From the NCBI GenBank assembly GCA_037190965.1, contig JBBCKI010000003.1:1-64000 (forward strand): a stretch of 64,000 nt of DNA. Direction: 5' to 3'. The position numbers and the translations under genes are program-made. The notes beneath the pieces are model-generated. The model searched no databases. It saw nothing but the letters and a program-made list of their open reading frames with translations, and was not told where the DNA came from. Origin of the DNA: Chthoniobacteraceae bacterium (lineage in GTDB: Bacteria; Verrucomicrobiota; Verrucomicrobiia; Chthoniobacterales; Chthoniobacteraceae). Below are positions 47,684 through 58,649 of this stretch, in pieces (the first letter of the stretch is position 1; the number at the start of each line of letters is the position of its first letter).

Positions 47684-48946
47684 TCACTTCCCGATATTCT
47701 TTTTCAATGCCCGGTCGGCGGGTACATCTTCGCCCGCCCAGATTCTCTGCTGAGTCCATGGACGGCTCTTGGCCGTCCAGAATGGGTCCGAAGGCGGCAG
47801 TCCCAGATGCACCAACCCCACGGCGCAAACGTAAGGGCTGCCGGAGGAAATATAGGATTCTTTGATGGACGGCTGATGACCCACGGCTCCGATTCGCAGC
47901 CAGCCGGCTGCATCAAAAGTCCCCGGCGCTTCCGCCATTCGCCGAATGACGGCCGTTAACGCGGCTCTCACTGCCCCCGGGTCATTCCCGGCGGGTAGCT
48001 CATGCATCAACGCCATCAAGGACAACGTCTGAAACGCTCCAAACCGATAGGTGCTCGAGCGTCCAATAACAGGAAAAGTCCCTTCCGGTGAAATGAGGCG
48101 CTCCTGCACCTGAGCATAGCGTTTGGCTCGCTGGAGAAACACATCAAACTCATTTCCCAGCGGATGCTCTTTCTTCCTGCAGACCTTTACGATTTCCAAG
48201 AGCATCGGGTGAATCACGTAGCTGTTGTAATAGTCCCAGCGATAAACGGATCCGTCGCCATAGGTGCCGTCGCCCAGATACCATTTTGTATGCTTGCTCA
48301 GAGCCACTTCGATCGGCTTCATCTCGCATTCTCCGGTAAACTCCCATAACGCGACTTCGATAATGGCGGAGAACAGGAGCCAGTTATTCATCAGCGGTTC
48401 GATCTGTCGCGATGATTTCAACGCCGCCAGAACATGCTGCCGTTCACGTTCACCCAGGTTTCCCCATAGCTGATTGGGTGCGCGAAGTAACGCAAAGGCA
48501 ACATAGGCTGCATCCACCAGCGGCTGTTGGTCCCGGTTGAAGTTCATGAAATCGGGGGCATCGGGATCACAAGCGATTCCGAGCCCTCTCACTGCGAGTT
48601 CGATATAGCGAGCGCGAAGCTTCCCCTCCTCATCGTCGCCGGGGCCAAGCTCAAGCCAGGGTGCCATTCCAGCCAGGAGCCGTCCAAAGGCTTCGAGCGG
48701 TGCATAGGGATCCCGTTCTGGATCCAGCTTTGGAATTCGCTTTTTGAGGCGGTTCTCGCTGAGGCTCACCAATACCGGCTCAGCCAACCGGCTGAGGACT
48801 TTTACGGTATAGGCCCTCGCGGCAAGGCCGTCCTCCTGTGGACTTGGACTTGGTGAAGCGGCGTTCCCAACGGGAACCAATAGACCCAGAAAACAGGAGA
48901 ACAGATGATTGGCATTCACCCGAACCTTGTTCAAATAACCTTGCAT
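47684..48946 (-). CDS. DUF2264-family protein
   Basis: LEAFGRLLAGMAPWLE, QPLVDAA, NNWLLF, DYYNSYVIHPM, GRSSTYR. Start uncertain. Confidence 0.8.
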   Translation of the reverse strand: MQGYLNKVRVNANHLFSCFLGLLVPVGNAASPSPSPQEDGLAARAYTVKVLSRLAEPVLVSLSENRLKKRIPKLDPERDPYAPLEAFGRLLAGMAPWLELGPGDDEEGKLRARYIELAVRGLGIACDPDAPDFMNFNRDQQPLVDAAYVAFALLRAPNQLWGNLGERERQHVLAALKSSRQIEPLMNNWLLFSAIIEVALWEFTGECEMKPIEVALSKHTKWYLGDGTYGDGSVYRWDYYNSYVIHPMLLEIVKVCRKKEHPLGNEFDVFLQRAKRYAQVQERLISPEGTFPVIGRSSTYRFGAFQTLSLMALMHELPAGNDPGAVRAALTAVIRRMAEAPGTFDAAGWLRIGAVGHQPSIKESYISSGSPYVCAVGLVHLGLPPSDPFWTAKSRPWTQQRIWAGEDVPADRALKKNIGK

Positions 48947-49027
48947 AAGGTGAAAGAATCACGGATCGCCTCGATTCAACAGGAAAAATGGAAGCTCCTG
49001 GGATTCCGGTGCTCCCGCACCACTGTC

Positions 49028-50404
49028 TCATTGTACCTTATGCGCCCAGAAGCTCTGCCAGCGCGCCAACTGGGCCTGCACGTTTTTTGACGAAGGGGCG
49101 CCGACGTTCGTGCGAGCGTCGATCGAGCGGCGGACGCTGAGGCAATCGTAGACGTCGCCCTCGAAGGCGGGAGAGAGAGCTTTGTAATCTTCCAGCGCCA
49201 AGTCCGCGAGGCCGCAGCCGCGTTCCAGGCAAAGGGCGACGGTTTTACCGATCACCTCGTGAGCTTTGCGGAATGGGACTCCGTGCAGGACGAGGTAGTC
49301 GGCGAGGTCTGTGGCGAGGAGGTTCCAGTCGCTCACCGCTTCTTCCGTGTTGGCCCCATTGACTTCGATTTCCCGCAGCATGGCGGCGAAAATCTGGAGT
49401 GCGGCCTTGGCGGTGTCGATGGAATCAAAGAGCGGCTCCTTGTCCTCCTGCATGTCACGATTGTAGGTCATCGGGAGCCCCTTCATCGTCGTCAATAGCG
49501 AAACGAGATTCCCCACCAGCCGCCCGCTCTTGCCGCGCGTCAACTCGGCCACGTCGGGGTTCTTCTTCTGGGGCATGAGGCTGGAGCCGGTAGTGTAGGC
49601 GTCCGAGATGGTGACAAACTTGAACTCCGCGGAGGCCCAGAGGATGAGATCCTCGCTCAAACGCGAGAGGTGGATACCGACCAGCGCGAGGTCGGAAAGA
49701 ATCTCCACGGCAAAGTCGCGGTCGCTCACGGCATCCATGCTGTTCTGCGTAATGGCGGGGAAATCGAGCAGCCGGGCGATCAACTCACGGTCGAGGTTGA
49801 TCGTCGAGCCCGCGATGGCCCCGGAGCCGAGCGGCATGACGTTGATCCTTTTGCGGACGTCTGCGATGCGGTCGCGGTCGCGCCCGAACATCTCCACGTA
49901 CGCGAGGAGATGATGCGCGAAAAGAACCGGCTGTGCCCGTTGGAGATGCGTGTACCCGGGGATAACGACCTCCGCGTTGCGAGCGCCGAGATCGACGAGG
50001 CTTTTTTGCACCTCGGCCAGCAATGCGCCGATTTCGTCGGCTTCCTGGCGCAGATAGAGCCGGATATCGAGCGCCACCTGGTCGTTTCGACTGCGGGCGG
50101 TGTGCAGTTTCGCGCCTGGGTCACCGATGCGGCGGGTCAGTTCCGCCTCGATGTTCATGTGGACATCCTCAAGTTCGGGCTTCCAGACGAACTCGCCCCG
50201 GTCGATCTCATCGCGGATCTGCAGCAACCCCGAGCGGATAGCCTCCAATTCCTCAGACGTAATCAGCCCCGCCTCGACAAGCGCGGTGGCATGGGCGATG
50301 GACCCGGCGATGTCATGCCGGTAGAGCCGCCAGTCGAAGGAGATCGACTCGCTGAAATCTTTGAGCAATTGGGCAGTATCGGTCTTGAAGCGGCCTTTCC
50401 ACAT
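49028..50404 (-). CDS. argH: Argininosuccinate lyase
   Basis: MWKGRF, EDVHMNIE, HTARSRNDQV, GSSLMPQKKNPD. Confidence 0.97.
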   Translation of the reverse strand: MWKGRFKTDTAQLLKDFSESISFDWRLYRHDIAGSIAHATALVEAGLITSEELEAIRSGLLQIRDEIDRGEFVWKPELEDVHMNIEAELTRRIGDPGAKLHTARSRNDQVALDIRLYLRQEADEIGALLAEVQKSLVDLGARNAEVVIPGYTHLQRAQPVLFAHHLLAYVEMFGRDRDRIADVRKRINVMPLGSGAIAGSTINLDRELIARLLDFPAITQNSMDAVSDRDFAVEILSDLALVGIHLSRLSEDLILWASAEFKFVTISDAYTTGSSLMPQKKNPDVAELTRGKSGRLVGNLVSLLTTMKGLPMTYNRDMQEDKEPLFDSIDTAKAALQIFAAMLREIEVNGANTEEAVSDWNLLATDLADYLVLHGVPFRKAHEVIGKTVALCLERGCGLADLALEDYKALSPAFEGDVYDCLSVRRSIDARTNVGAPSSKNVQAQLARWQSFWAHKVQ

Positions 50405-50489
50405 ATAAAAATCGGTATTAGAGGGCGACGATCATGGACAAACCGGAGGAAACCGGAAAGCGGAAAACCGGACCCGAACGAGAGCGGAA

Positions 50490-51488
50490 TTACAATCCAT
50501 CCCGAACGACCCGCAACCCCGAGTCAAGCTGCTCTCCAAGCGCCTCGATCATCGTCGCCGGGTCTTCCAGCGCGGCGAGCGCTCCGAGGCGCGGCAGGAC
50601 GACAAGGCTGCAACTCTGCCCCAGTGACTGAAGCCGCCGCCCCTCCTCCAAAGGGGGATAGCCCGGCTCGCTCCCCCAGAAAAGCGTCACGGATTGATTG
50701 AGGGATGGCATCCTCGCCTCGAGGTCAAGATTGAGCTTACCGGAGTGCAGGTTACGGATCGCAAATTCCGCGCCTCCCTGTTGAGCGCAGGTCGTAAAGA
50801 CTTCCACCACCTCGTCGGTCAATCGCGAAGAATCCACAAAGCCGCCCATGGCCAGCCAGTTGCGCACCGCCGCGTGGGTGGACTGATAGTTACGATACAG
50901 GAAGCGCTGGAGCAACTCGGCCCTCGCCGCAAGGCGCGTGCTGCGGCGCAGCCTTGCCTGCCCGAAATTGTGGCCGCCCGTCGGCATGTGAAGAATGAGC
51001 CGCGAGACCAACTCCGGGTGCTGGCTGGCCAGTTGCACGCAAAAACCGGCGCTCAAACCGCTGGCGACGACAATCGGCATCTCGCCCCAACAGGTCGCGC
51101 GGATGAACTCCGCCAGCATCCGGACGTAATCGCTCGCGCTGGCCTGGATGTTCGGGCGTTGCGATTCGCCGAACCCGACGAGATCCGGGGCGATCACGCG
51201 AAAGCGCCCGGCAAACTCCGGATAAACCTTGGACCACTCGTACGAGGAACCGCCAAGGCAGATGCTGTGGAGAAACAAAAGAGGCTGCCCCTCGCCCGCT
51301 TCATGATAAATCAGGTGCCCAAGGCTGGTGTGAAGGACCTTGGTGGCGAAAACGGCGGGGGAAATCGTATCCGGCAGCGGTGATTTACCCGCCGGGCGAA
51401 TGGCGTATTTCAGGGCAAGAAAGATCGCGCCCAGGAGCCCGGCCCCGAGCCCTACGCCGACGAGCTTTTTCTTGTCCTTTTGTGGCAT
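50490..51488 (-). CDS. Membrane-anchored alpha/beta-hydrolase-fold protein, probably catalytically degenerate
   Basis: N-terminal TM; PLLFLH, APDLVGFGES; the elbow reads VASGLS and the usual His position reads GALAALE. Confidence 0.78.
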   Translation of the reverse strand: MPQKDKKKLVGVGLGAGLLGAIFLALKYAIRPAGKSPLPDTISPAVFATKVLHTSLGHLIYHEAGEGQPLLFLHSICLGGSSYEWSKVYPEFAGRFRVIAPDLVGFGESQRPNIQASASDYVRMLAEFIRATCWGEMPIVVASGLSAGFCVQLASQHPELVSRLILHMPTGGHNFGQARLRRSTRLAARAELLQRFLYRNYQSTHAAVRNWLAMGGFVDSSRLTDEVVEVFTTCAQQGGAEFAIRNLHSGKLNLDLEARMPSLNQSVTLFWGSEPGYPPLEEGRRLQSLGQSCSLVVLPRLGALAALEDPATMIEALGEQLDSGLRVVRDGL

Positions 51489-51589
51489 GGTTAAACGAGG
51501 GAAGATTCCTCTCCAAATCGCACCACGGCAATGCCGGAGTCCTATCTCCCCGCGAGAGTTTTACCGAAGGGAAAGAAGCGAGCCAAGCG

Positions 51590-51693
51590 CGAAAGCTGCG
51601 AAGACCGCAGCAGTCCAAGACGCTCCCGCGACTGCATGGCGCACCACGAAACGCGCCAGCGTCTTGGAGTGCGGCGGTTCCCCGCCGCTTTCG
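51590..51693. repeat. REP-like inverted repeat pair
   Basis: CGAAAGC...GCAGTCCAAGACGCTCCCGCG and CGCGCCAGCGTCTTGGAGTGC...GCTTTCG form a long imperfect palindrome just downstream of purM. Confidence 0.65.
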
Positions 51694-51710
51694 TACGCGG
51701 GACCTACAAA

Positions 51711-52787
51711 CTAAGCCAGCCGGACTTCTTTTTTTCCTTTTTCGATGCGGCCGATCGGGCGGCCTTTCGTCAGGCTCACAACCTCCCGGACATCGCGTTC
51801 GGCCACAACGAGCGTCATCCCGATCCCCATGTTGAAGACCTGGTACATCTCGTCGGCGTCCACCTTGCCGTTCTCCTGAATGATCTTGAAGAGAGCGGGA
51901 ACTTTCCACGCCTTCGTGTCAATGACCGCGTCACACCCGTCGGGCAGCACGCGCGGGAGATTGTCGATCAAGCCGCCGCCAGTGATGTGGGCGATCCCCT
52001 TGAGAATCCCCTCCGGCAGCGAGGCAAGCAGCGGCTGATAGTTCTTGTGCACGCGCAGCAACTCATCTCCGAGGCTCTTGGTCAGGCCGGGAACTTTCGA
52101 ATCGACCGTCAGCCCCATCGTTTCGAAAAGCACTTTGCGGGCGAGCGAATAACCGTTGGTGTGCAAGCCGTTGGAAGGCAGGCCGACGATGATGTCGCCG
52201 GGGTTGATCCGGCTGCCGTCGATCATCTTCTTGCGATCCACCACGCCGACGATGGTTCCCGCGAGATCGTACTCCCCGGGCTGATACATTCCCGGCATCT
52301 GGGCGGTTTCGCCACCGATCAGCGCGCATCCCCCCGCCTGGCACGCCTTGGAGAAGCCTCGCAGAATCTCTTCGAACACGGCGGGCTCCAGTTTCTCCGC
52401 CCCGATATAGTCGAGGAAGAAGAGCGGTTTCGCGCCGAGCACGGCGATGTCGTCGATGCAGTGATTGACGAGATCCTGCCCCACGGTGTCATGCTTCCCG
52501 GTGAGAAAGGCGATCTTGAGCTTCGTGCCGACGCCGTCCACGCTCGAGACGAGCACCGGGTCTTTCATCCCCTTGAAATCCGGGCGGAACAAGCCACCGA
52601 AACCGCCGATTTTCCCAAGCACCTCGGGTCCGTGCGTAATTTTGACCTGACTCTGGATGCGGCTCTTGACAGCGTTGCCGAGGTCGACATCGACTCCGGC
52701 CTGCGCATAGGCCTTTTTGGAAGGGGTGGCGGGCGACTTGCTGGCAGCCGCCTTTTTCGTTTTGGATTTGCTCGCTGGTGTGGCCAT
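51711..52787 (-). CDS. purM: Phosphoribosylformylglycinamidine cyclo-ligase
   Basis: YAQAGVD, DGVGTK, LIGGETAQMP, SNGLHTNGYSL, HITGGG, FNMGIG. Confidence 0.97.
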   Translation of the reverse strand: MATPASKSKTKKAAASKSPATPSKKAYAQAGVDVDLGNAVKSRIQSQVKITHGPEVLGKIGGFGGLFRPDFKGMKDPVLVSSVDGVGTKLKIAFLTGKHDTVGQDLVNHCIDDIAVLGAKPLFFLDYIGAEKLEPAVFEEILRGFSKACQAGGCALIGGETAQMPGMYQPGEYDLAGTIVGVVDRKKMIDGSRINPGDIIVGLPSNGLHTNGYSLARKVLFETMGLTVDSKVPGLTKSLGDELLRVHKNYQPLLASLPEGILKGIAHITGGGLIDNLPRVLPDGCDAVIDTKAWKVPALFKIIQENGKVDADEMYQVFNMGIGMTLVVAERDVREVVSLTKGRPIGRIEKGKKEVRLA

Positions 52788-52799
52788 CGCGGGTGAAAA

Positions 52800-54284
52800 C
52801 TAGTTGGCGGGACTGCCCGCCGGAGGAAAGAGTTGGGGTTGGGGATTGGGTTCGACGAGATGACTGATGCGTCCACGCCGCCGTTCCATGATGAACTTGT
52901 CGACATTCGGGTCTACCGGGATCGGGTAGTCCCCCGTAAAGCAGGCCATGCAGAAGCTGTCCGCAGGCTGCTCGGTAGCGCGCACCATCCCGGGGACATC
53001 AAGATAACCGATACTATCCGCACCGAGGTACTCCCGGATCTGATCGAGCGTGCACTGGTTGGCCAGCAGGTTGGCGGGGTCGGGGAAGTCGATGCCGTAG
53101 TGACAGGCAAACTTGTGCGGCGGGCACGAGATGCGCATATGCACCTCCTTGGCTCCCGCTTCACGCAGCGTGACGACGCGGGCCCGCGCCGTGGTGCCGC
53201 GCACGATGGAGTCATCGACGACAACCACCCGCTTTCCTTTCACCGCCTCCTTGATGAGGTTCAACTTCACCCGGACATTGAAATCGCGGATGAGCTGCGT
53301 GGGCTGCAAAAAGGTGCGCCCGATGTAGTGATTGCGGACAAAGGCGTGCTCGTAGGGAATCCCGAGTTCCTGGGCAAAACCGAGGGCGGCGTAGTTGCCG
53401 GAGTCGGGCACCGGAACGACCAAATCCGCCTCCGCCGGATGCAAACGGGCCAGTTCGCGGCCCATCGCGGTGCGCACCTTGGCGACGTTGATGTCGTTGA
53501 TGATGCTGTCAGGACGCGCGAAATAGACGTACTCGAAGATACAGAACGATTTCTTGGCGGCCTCAAACGGCCATTCGGAGCGGATGCCGTTCTCGTCGAT
53601 AATCACGACTTCGCCCGGCTCGATCTCGCGGATGAATTCCGCGTGAATGAGATCGAAGGCGCAGGTCTCCGAGGAGAGGACATAAGCTCCGTCCAGCTTC
53701 CCGAGCATCAACGGGCGGAACCCGAGCGGATCGCGGACGCCGATGATTTCGCGTTCTCCCATGAGGACCAGTGAGAACGCGCCGTGCACGCGGCGTAGCG
53801 CGGAAAGCACGGTGTCGGATTCGCCCGGCTTGGCAAGCAGATGAAGAATGATTTCGCTGTCAACCGTGGTCTGGAAAATGGACCCGGCCTGTTCGAGCTC
53901 TTCGCGCAAAACCCCGGCGTTGACGAGATTGCCGTTGTGCCCGATGGCGAGTTGCCCCCGGGCGCAATCAACGACCATCGGCTGGGCATTGGTGATGTTA
54001 CTCGACCCCGTGGTCGAATAGCGAACATGCCCGATCGCCCGCGTCCCCTTGAGCATGTCGAGGTCGCCAGGGGAAAACACCTGGGAGACCAGCCCCATCC
54101 CTTTGTGACAAACGAACGGCGTGTTCGGCCCCGTGGCCGTGACGATCCCCGCGCTTTCCTGCCCCCGGTGCTGGAGGGCGAAGAGGCCGTAATAAGTCAG
54201 TACGGCGGCGTTGGGATGGCCAATAACGGCAAAGACGCCACATTCATGAGCCGGTCGGTTTCTTTCAGTGCTTGCTTCAGACAT
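52800..54284 (-). CDS. purF: Amidophosphoribosyltransferase
   Basis: ECGVF, LQHRGQESAG, GHVRYST, VDDSIVRGTT. Confidence 0.97.
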   Translation of the reverse strand: MSEASTERNRPAHECGVFAVIGHPNAAVLTYYGLFALQHRGQESAGIVTATGPNTPFVCHKGMGLVSQVFSPGDLDMLKGTRAIGHVRYSTTGSSNITNAQPMVVDCARGQLAIGHNGNLVNAGVLREELEQAGSIFQTTVDSEIILHLLAKPGESDTVLSALRRVHGAFSLVLMGEREIIGVRDPLGFRPLMLGKLDGAYVLSSETCAFDLIHAEFIREIEPGEVVIIDENGIRSEWPFEAAKKSFCIFEYVYFARPDSIINDINVAKVRTAMGRELARLHPAEADLVVPVPDSGNYAALGFAQELGIPYEHAFVRNHYIGRTFLQPTQLIRDFNVRVKLNLIKEAVKGKRVVVVDDSIVRGTTARARVVTLREAGAKEVHMRISCPPHKFACHYGIDFPDPANLLANQCTLDQIREYLGADSIGYLDVPGMVRATEQPADSFCMACFTGDYPIPVDPNVDKFIMERRRGRISHLVEPNPQPQLFPPAGSPAN

Positions 54285-54319
54285 GCGCGGTGTGTGTCGG
54301 GCGGTGTACGAACGAGAAC

Positions 54320-56593
54320 TTACTGGGCTGACATACAGTTGGCGATGGAGGAACCCCAGACGCCTTGCAGGGCTGCGGTGTTCCAGTTCCAGACGCTGCC
54401 GTCCGCCTCGATCCTCAAATCACTTCCGCCCACGGTGCCGATACGGCGAACCGGGGTGCCGCGCCATTGGGCCAGCGCCTCGGCGGCAGCGGCATTGTTG
54501 GCGGAAACGGTGATGACGACGCGGGATTGCGATTCGTTGAAAAGAAGCACCTCGGCCTGAAGCCCGGTGACGCCGAAGTCAACCTTCGCGCCGACGGTCT
54601 TCGCCTTGTCCCCGCTGATGCAGTTCTCCGCCAGCGCGGCGGCGAGGCCCCCTTCGGAGCAGTCGTGGGCGCTCTTGACGAGCCCCATTTTGATCAGCGC
54701 GCGTAGCGTGTCGTGCAAGGCACGTTCCTGGACGAAATCAACTTTCGGCGGGACGCCTTCCTTGCGGCCATGCAGCACCTTGAGGTAGTGCGAACCGCCC
54801 ATTTCGCTGCCGAGATCGCCGAGCAGAAAAATCACGTCGCCCGAGTCCTTGAAGTGACTGGTGGTAACATGCTTGGGATCTTCGATCAAGCCGACCATGC
54901 CGACGGTCGGGGTCGGATCGACCGCGCCCGCCGGGCTCTCGTTGTAAAGACTGACGTTACCGCCCGTTACCGGGACATCGAACGCATTGCACCCTTCGGC
55001 GAGCCCTTCCACGCATTCGCGGAGTTGCCAGAAGTTATCGGGCTTGTGCGGATTGCCGAAATTGAGGTTGTCGGTCACGGCCAACGGAACCGCCCCGGAG
55101 CAGGCAAGGTTTCGCGCGGCTTCCGCCACGGCGACGCGAGCTCCCTCGCGGGGATCGAGCGCGCAGTAGGTGGAGTTACAATCGCTGGTGGCGGCAAGGA
55201 TCTTGCCCGCCTCGCGGACGATGAAGACGGCGGAATCGGAGCCGGGTAACACGGTCGCGCCAAGGCGAACCATGTGATCATACTGCCGGTAGACCCACTG
55301 CTTGGAGGCGATGGAGGGATCGGCAAGAAGCTTCTCCAGACCGGCTTCGATGTCGGTCGCGGGAATGCACGAAAGCGGCGTGGGAGCCGGGCGGGGTGCG
55401 ACCTCGCGGTGGTAAATCGGGGCGTCATCAGCAAGCTTGCTTGCCGGGATTTCGGCCACGACCACGTCGCCCGCCTTGACGCGCATCATGCCGTCGTCAT
55501 TAACGACGCCGACTTCCGCGTGCGGGAGGTCCCATTTTTCGAAAATGTCGCGGACAATCTGCTCCTTGCCCTTCTTGACGATGATGAGCATTCGCTCCTG
55601 CGACTCGCTCAGCATGATCTCGTAAGGAGTCATGCCCGCTTCGCGCTTGGGCACTTTTTCCAGGTCGATCTCGACGCCCGTGCCGCCACGGCTGGCGGTT
55701 TCGCAGGTTGAACAGGTCAAGCCTGCCGCGCCCATATCCTGGATACCGGCCACCGCGTCGGTGGCGAGGAGTTCCAGACACGCTTCGAGCAGAAGCTTTT
55801 CCTTGAACGGATCGCCCACCTGCACGGCGGGGCGGTCCTGTTTGGATTCCTCGGTCAATTCGCGGGAGGCAAATGCCGCGCCGGCCAGACCGTCACGGCC
55901 CGTCTCCGCGCCGACGTAGAAGACCGGGTTGCCGATGCCGCTGGCCGCGCCGCGCGCGATCTGCTCATGCTTGAGCACGCCGAGGCAGAAGACATTGACG
56001 AGCGGGTTCCCCTCGTAGCTTTCGTCGAAGTAAACCTCGCCGCCGATGGTCGGGATACCGATGCAATTCCCGTAATGCGCGATGCCGGAAACGACTCCGC
56101 CGAAAAGACGGCGGTTGTGTTTGACGTTCGGAGCCACCTCGCCCTTCTCGTCGGTCTTGCCGGAGATCGGCCCGAAACGGAGGGAGTTGAGGTTGAACAC
56201 CGGGCGCGCGCCCATGGTGAAAATGTCGCGAATGATACCGCCAACGCCCGTGGCCGCTCCCTGGAACGGTTCGATGGCGCTCGGGTGGTTGTGGCTCTCC
56301 ATCTTGAACGCCACGCCCCAGCCGTCGCCGATGTCGATGACCCCCGCGTTCTCCTCGCCCGCCTTCACCAGCACGGTCGGGCCGGTGGTGGGAAACTTGC
56401 GGAGCTCCGGCTTGGAGTTCTTGTAAGAGCAATGCTCGCTCCACATCACCGAGAAGATGCCCAACTCGGTAAAATTCGGCTCGCGGCCGAGGATGCTCTT
56501 GATGCGTTCGTATTCGTCCGGGGTGATGCCATGTTTGGCGATCACTTCCGGGGTGATTTCGGGATCCTTGGGAAGGTAGACGGCAGTGTTCAT
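54320..56593 (-). CDS. purL: Phosphoribosylformylglycinamidine synthase subunit PurL (small type)
   Basis: [40 protein letters not shown]. Confidence 0.97.
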   Translation of the reverse strand: MNTAVYLPKDPEITPEVIAKHGITPDEYERIKSILGREPNFTELGIFSVMWSEHCSYKNSKPELRKFPTTGPTVLVKAGEENAGVIDIGDGWGVAFKMESHNHPSAIEPFQGAATGVGGIIRDIFTMGARPVFNLNSLRFGPISGKTDEKGEVAPNVKHNRRLFGGVVSGIAHYGNCIGIPTIGGEVYFDESYEGNPLVNVFCLGVLKHEQIARGAASGIGNPVFYVGAETGRDGLAGAAFASRELTEESKQDRPAVQVGDPFKEKLLLEACLELLATDAVAGIQDMGAAGLTCSTCETASRGGTGVEIDLEKVPKREAGMTPYEIMLSESQERMLIIVKKGKEQIVRDIFEKWDLPHAEVGVVNDDGMMRVKAGDVVVAEIPASKLADDAPIYHREVAPRPAPTPLSCIPATDIEAGLEKLLADPSIASKQWVYRQYDHMVRLGATVLPGSDSAVFIVREAGKILAATSDCNSTYCALDPREGARVAVAEAARNLACSGAVPLAVTDNLNFGNPHKPDNFWQLRECVEGLAEGCNAFDVPVTGGNVSLYNESPAGAVDPTPTVGMVGLIEDPKHVTTSHFKDSGDVIFLLGDLGSEMGGSHYLKVLHGRKEGVPPKVDFVQERALHDTLRALIKMGLVKSAHDCSEGGLAAALAENCISGDKAKTVGAKVDFGVTGLQAEVLLFNESQSRVVITVSANNAAAAEALAQWRGTPVRRIGTVGGSDLRIEADGSVWNWNTAALQGVWGSSIANCMSAQ

Positions 56594-57294
56594 GCGGCGG
56601 CGCGAACGCCCAGAGAGTTCAGGATGGATTCAAAGATAACCTTGCCGTCGGTGCTGCCGAGCGCTTTTTCACAGGCGCGTTCCGGGTGCGGCATGAGGCC
56701 GAAGACGTTGCGGGCGGCGTTGCAGATCCCGGCGATATTGTCGGCGGAACCGTTCGGGTTCGACGCGTCGGAAACAAAGCCGTTGGCGTCGCAGTACCTG
56801 AGGAGCACCTGCTGATTGCTGATCAATTCCTTCAGCGTGGCTTCGTCGGCGGTGTAACTCCCCTCCCCGTGGGCGATCGGAATGTTGAGCACCTGACCGG
56901 AGAGCGCTTGCGAAAGGAACGGATTGTTGACCGCCTCCACCCGTAGCGGGCGGTTTTCGCAGATGAAGTGCAGCGACCGGTTGCGAACGAGCGCGCCGGG
57001 AAGAAGGCGCGACTCCGTGAGCACCTGGAAGCCGTTGCAGATGCCGATCAGCAGACCGCCGTTCTGGGCGTAATCGGTGACGGCTTTCATGATCGGCGAG
57101 AACCGGGCGATGGCTCCGCAGCGAAGGTAATCGCCATAGGAGAACCCGCCCGGGAGAACGACGAGGTCGTACCCGGAGAGCGAAGTCTCCTTGTGCCAGA
57201 CGTAGTCGGTGGGGACACCGAAAACGTTCTGTAGCGCGTAATGACAATCCTGGTCGCAATTGGAACCGGGAAAACGGATGACGGCGGCTTTCAT
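56590..57294 (-). CDS. purQ: Phosphoribosylformylglycinamidine synthase subunit PurQ
   Basis: [30 protein letters not shown]. Confidence 0.97.
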   Translation of the reverse strand: MKAAVIRFPGSNCDQDCHYALQNVFGVPTDYVWHKETSLSGYDLVVLPGGFSYGDYLRCGAIARFSPIMKAVTDYAQNGGLLIGICNGFQVLTESRLLPGALVRNRSLHFICENRPLRVEAVNNPFLSQALSGQVLNIPIAHGEGSYTADEATLKELISNQQVLLRYCDANGFVSDASNPNGSADNIAGICNAARNVFGLMPHPERACEKALGSTDGKVIFESILNSLGVRAAA

Positions 57295-57408
57295 GATTTC
57301 AGGAATTGGGACGATACCACATCCCGGGGCGTTTGTGGAGCGGCGTTGTCATTTCCGAGAAGAAGGGGTGGCTTCATCAGAATGACGGGAAGCGGCGGAT
57401 AACGAAAA

Positions 57409-57657
57409 TCAACGCTCGATCTGAAGCTCGTAGTCTTCGATGACCGGGTTGGAGAGAAGATCGCGGCAGACCTCGTGAAGGCGGGCCTCGGCATCAGCGC
57501 CGATGGCTTCGTCGTCGGAGAGTTCGATCTCCATAAACTTGCCGATCCGGACCGATTTTACCTGCGGAAACCCGTGGTGCGCCACTGCCTCCCGCACGGC
57601 CACTCCCTGCGGATCAAGAACGCTTTTCTTGGGCATGACGGTGACTCTGGCTTTCAT
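57409..57657 (-). CDS. purS: Phosphoribosylformylglycinamidine synthase subunit PurS
   Basis: VLDPQG, VRIGK, LLSNPVIEDY. Confidence 0.95.
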   Translation of the reverse strand: MKARVTVMPKKSVLDPQGVAVREAVAHHGFPQVKSVRIGKFMEIELSDDEAIGADAEARLHEVCRDLLSNPVIEDYELQIER

Positions 57658-57808
57658 AGGCCGCCAAACATTAGGAGGAGGCCTTCAAAGTTCAACCTAA
57701 AAAATGCCGGAAGCGGATGAACAGAAGACAAGGAGCCTGCCCGGCCCGCTCTATTGGAATTGCATTGCCCGGGGCGTCATCGAACTGTTTACTGCCCGTC
57801 ATTATCTT

Positions 57809-58282
57809 ATGAAAAAGCACTTTATCATCCTCCTTACGACCCTTCTTCCCCTCTCCCTTTGCGCGGCAGAACCCCCGGTGCGCCCGGACGTCGAAGAACT
57901 GCTGACATTGTTGAAGGTGGACAAGCAGATGGAGCAATCCATGAATGCGATGCGGGCAATGATGATGAAGAGCTTCCCCATGAAGGGGGACGAGGCCCAA
58001 AGGGCCGCCGACAAGAGCTTCGCCATGGTTTCAAGGGAATTCAGTTGGGAGAAACTGAAGGGCCACTTTGCCCAGATTTATTCCGAGGTGTTCACCCCCG
58101 AAGAAATCAACGGTCTCATCGCTTTTTACAAGAGCCCCATCGGCCAATCCTTTTTGGAAAAACAACCTCTCCTGATGGAGAAAACGATGGAAGTGACCCA
58201 GAAGAAATTGGCCGAACTGATGCCCAAACTACAGGCTGAAATTCAGGCCGACCTGTCGAAAGACAAGGCTGGGGCAAAATAG
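57809..58282 (+). CDS. DUF2059-family secreted protein
   Basis: Signal peptide; IYSEVFTPEEINGLIAFYKSPIGQ..LEKQP. Confidence 0.85.
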   Translation: MKKHFIILLTTLLPLSLCAAEPPVRPDVEELLTLLKVDKQMEQSMNAMRAMMMKSFPMKGDEAQRAADKSFAMVSREFSWEKLKGHFAQIYSEVFTPEEINGLIAFYKSPIGQSFLEKQPLLMEKTMEVTQKKLAELMPKLQAEIQADLSKDKAGAK

Positions 58283-58383
58283 GGATGCCTCAAAACCGGT
58301 GAGGCAAGCGACACTGTCGACGGCGAATGATACGATCAAATCGCTTGCCTTCCCGGAAAAATCGTCTAATATCAGCATTCGTA

Positions 58384-58593
58384 ATGTTAGGATTAAAAAT
58401 CGCCTTCTCCGTCTGCCTGGTGATCGTCTTCTTAGGGGGGATTTTTACCCTGAGAAATTTCGACAAGTGGTTTGGTGGCAGTGTCGATGTTCCCAGCGAA
58501 AACGAAAGTTCCCTGCTTCTGAACAAGAGTCAGGTGATTCTTATCTGGCTGCTGGCGATGAAGCTCTTCACCATGATGGTCTGGATTCTCTGA
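58384..58593 (+). CDS. Small two-TM hypothetical protein
   Basis: MLGLKIAFSVCLVIVFLGG...PSEN...QVILIW; two hydrophobic segments. Confidence 0.5.
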   Translation: MLGLKIAFSVCLVIVFLGGIFTLRNFDKWFGGSVDVPSENESSLLLNKSQVILIWLLAMKLFTMMVWIL

Positions 58594-58649
58594 GGTCGCC
58601 GCCTCCCGAAAACCTCGCTTTTTCCTCATGCAACGGGTAAACCCCGTGC

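Noticed and set aside
50430..50475. Short AAACCGGA-like repeats upstream of argH
   Set aside because: Too short and irregular to support a regulatory call.
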